A stretch of DNA of 64,000 nt, from the NCBI RefSeq assembly GCF_009914755.1, contig NC_060941.1. One strand, 5' to 3'. Origin of the DNA: the human T2T-CHM13v2.0 reference genome, Homo sapiens. Positions 27,032-64,000 of this stretch are shown one piece after another (positions within the stretch are counted from its first letter, which is position 1; each line of letters opens with the position of its first letter). The translations under genes were made by a program, and so were the position numbers. Below the pieces are notes generated by a model. It was not told where the DNA came from. It worked only from the letters and a program-made list of their open reading frames with translations, and did not search any database.

Positions 27032-28398
27032 TGCTTCCTTGAAGAATGTCAGCCTCATAGATTAAAATCCTAATTTATTTAAATCTTTAAAAACAAGCTA
27101 TTTATAATCTGTCAATTATAAATAAACAAGTTAATTACGAAAAAAAAAAAAGAGCTACTTTTAGCTTGCAGCACTTCTTAGGGTAACGTGCTCGCCTTAC
27201 AGATCCAAAGAGTCTGCTTCGGGCCTCCCTTCTCTTTGCCACCCTCCTTTGTCTGGCCTTCCCGATTAATTAAATATTAATCTACTCATGCCTTTTCTCC
27301 AGATTCCTCTTCAGACAGAAGAGGTTGAGCTGTGAGAACTGATCTCATTCTTAACCTGATTCTTATTCCCCATTCTGACCCTAGTATGTGACTGCCATTG
27401 CCAACAAAACCCCAGCGATGGACTCCATTACCTTTCTCTGGTTGTGCCTGGTCTTTCAACATGGGCATTAGAAAGGCACACAATATTGCAAACCTTTTGA
27501 TTTTATCTAGGGTAATAATACTTAGTAACAGTAACAATAGCAGCAACAACTGATCTCATATATTTAATGCAATCCTAGAAGGTAGTTATCATTTTTATTA
27601 CCCACCTTTATCTTATCCATCCTCATAACTAGGATGGAGACACTGAGGCTCAGAGAGGACAGGTTGCTTGCTCGAGACCATATAGCTCCTAAGTACCAGA
27701 GTCAATGTTTGAACCGAGTCTTACCTGCAGTAGGAGAATTATCTCAGCATGACTTTGAAACTCTTTCTGTGAGCTGCCCAATATGTTTTGCCTGGGCCCT
27801 TTGACTACAGTGAGATTTCTGGTTAGTATTGTGAAGCAGTTAAATAACTTAAATTTACATTAAACATTTCTGGTTTTACTTTGATGATGACTTAAGAAAA
27901 TGAATATAAACATATTTAGCATCATTGGGATAGCCACTTTGTAACTGAACAGATATAAACATAAGAAGTTTGCATCTTATTTTATATTCATGAATATTCA
28001 GAAGCCATATATAACAACAATAATTAAAGTGCAATACCAGTAATAGTCCACATATTACTTAAATTTGACTAACAGTATTCTTGTTGTTCTAGAAATGAGA
28101 TGACCAGCTCTTTCAGAATATACAGCAACTGCCTCCACATAAAGCAGTGCCAGGTTTAGGAGATTTACGGTAAAGCCATGTTTCCAAGGAGGTCTGTACA
28201 AAAAGCCAGACTTCTGCTGGCAGTTACTGAGAGAGATAGGCTTTCCATCCATGGCAGCCATTTACTTTTGCTCTGGGAGACGTTTGTAATAGAAAAGGCA
28301 CAACTGGGGTATTTATTCATTCCCCCCGTTCCTCTAGTGTTTGGTGGCGTTGCCGTTGCAAGTGCGCAGGGCTAAAATGAACTGGTTATCTTAGGATC

Positions 28399-63447
<35,049 letters not shown>

Positions 63448-63476
63448 ACCAGCCTTGGGAAATTACAATGTTTTAC

Positions 63477-63482
63477 AATAAA
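63477..63482 (+). terminator. FBXW10 polyadenylation signal AATAAA (very short 3' UTR)
   Basis: AATAAA about 30 nt after the stop, then GU-rich sequence and a T run from ~63514. Confidence 0.75.
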
Positions 63483-64000
63483 CAGAAAGCCAAGCGGATG
63501 TTGCTATTTGGCCTTTTTTTTTTTTTTTTTGACTGTTTCTTCCTGGTAATTAATGTGGGAACTCCCAGTTATCTTCCTCTGAGCCAAATATTTGATATCA
63601 TCAAAATAAGAAAACAGAAGGAGGTTGGGCGAGATTAGCATCTGTAGTCCCACTGAAAACAATTTAGTGAGCATTAGGAAAGCCCAGTTTCGTTGATGGG
63701 GGATGGGGAGATGATCACTGGAAATTAGATACCATTCATCACTACCAATTTAGTGCTATTAGTTCTTCTGGCAAATGAAGTTATGGGATTATATCAGGGT
63801 CATGCATTGGTGTTTTCTGGTATTTTTGCACAGAAGCCTGATAAAACCCATTAAGAATTTAAAAGGGGAAGCCCTCAGTGGGGTGGACCTGTTGCATTTG
63901 ACAACATTGAGCTTTTCCTTCTCAGGGCTAACTCCTAAGGAAGAGAATTAGCATATTTATCCTCTGTACAAAGAGGGCCAGTAACATCAAGTGCATTGAG

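Noticed and set aside
27121-27134. aataaacaagttaa resembles the SV40 late poly(A) region (vector contamination)
   Set aside because: Only 14 AT-rich nucleotides match; the flanks do not.

Overview
Human genomic DNA, about 26% Alu (~56 copies counted by eye), with two spliced + strand genes. (1) TRIM16L: five exons at 6709-19614, encoding a coiled coil plus PRY-SPRY domain. The ORF from ATG 12029 is 348 aa, and there is no RING or B-box exon in the window. (2) FBXW10: 14 coding exons at 28399-63447, 3159 nt = 1052 aa, encoding an F-box plus WD40 repeats. All splice junctions are GT-AG and their phases close exactly. From recall, this is the 17p11.2 copy of the segmental duplication whose other copy at 17p12 carries TRIM16 and CDRT1/FBXW10B. 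The rest is Alu, L1, L2, MIR, DNA transposon fossils and solo LTRs. Best leads: (a) a phase-compatible TRIM16L-to-FBXW10 read-through that would replace FBXW10 exon 1 with the TRIM coiled coil; (b) two tandem D-domain-like motifs in FBXW10 exon 1; (c) an LTR-adjacent candidate first exon with an NRF2-type ARE and an in-frame ATG for TRIM16L; (d) an 87-nt stop-free intron inside the F-box; (e) a 38-nt TSD-flanked retro-insertion of unknown origin. Exon coordinates were counted by hand. Repeat boundaries are approximate, and repeat subfamily names come from recalled consensus sequences, not a search.
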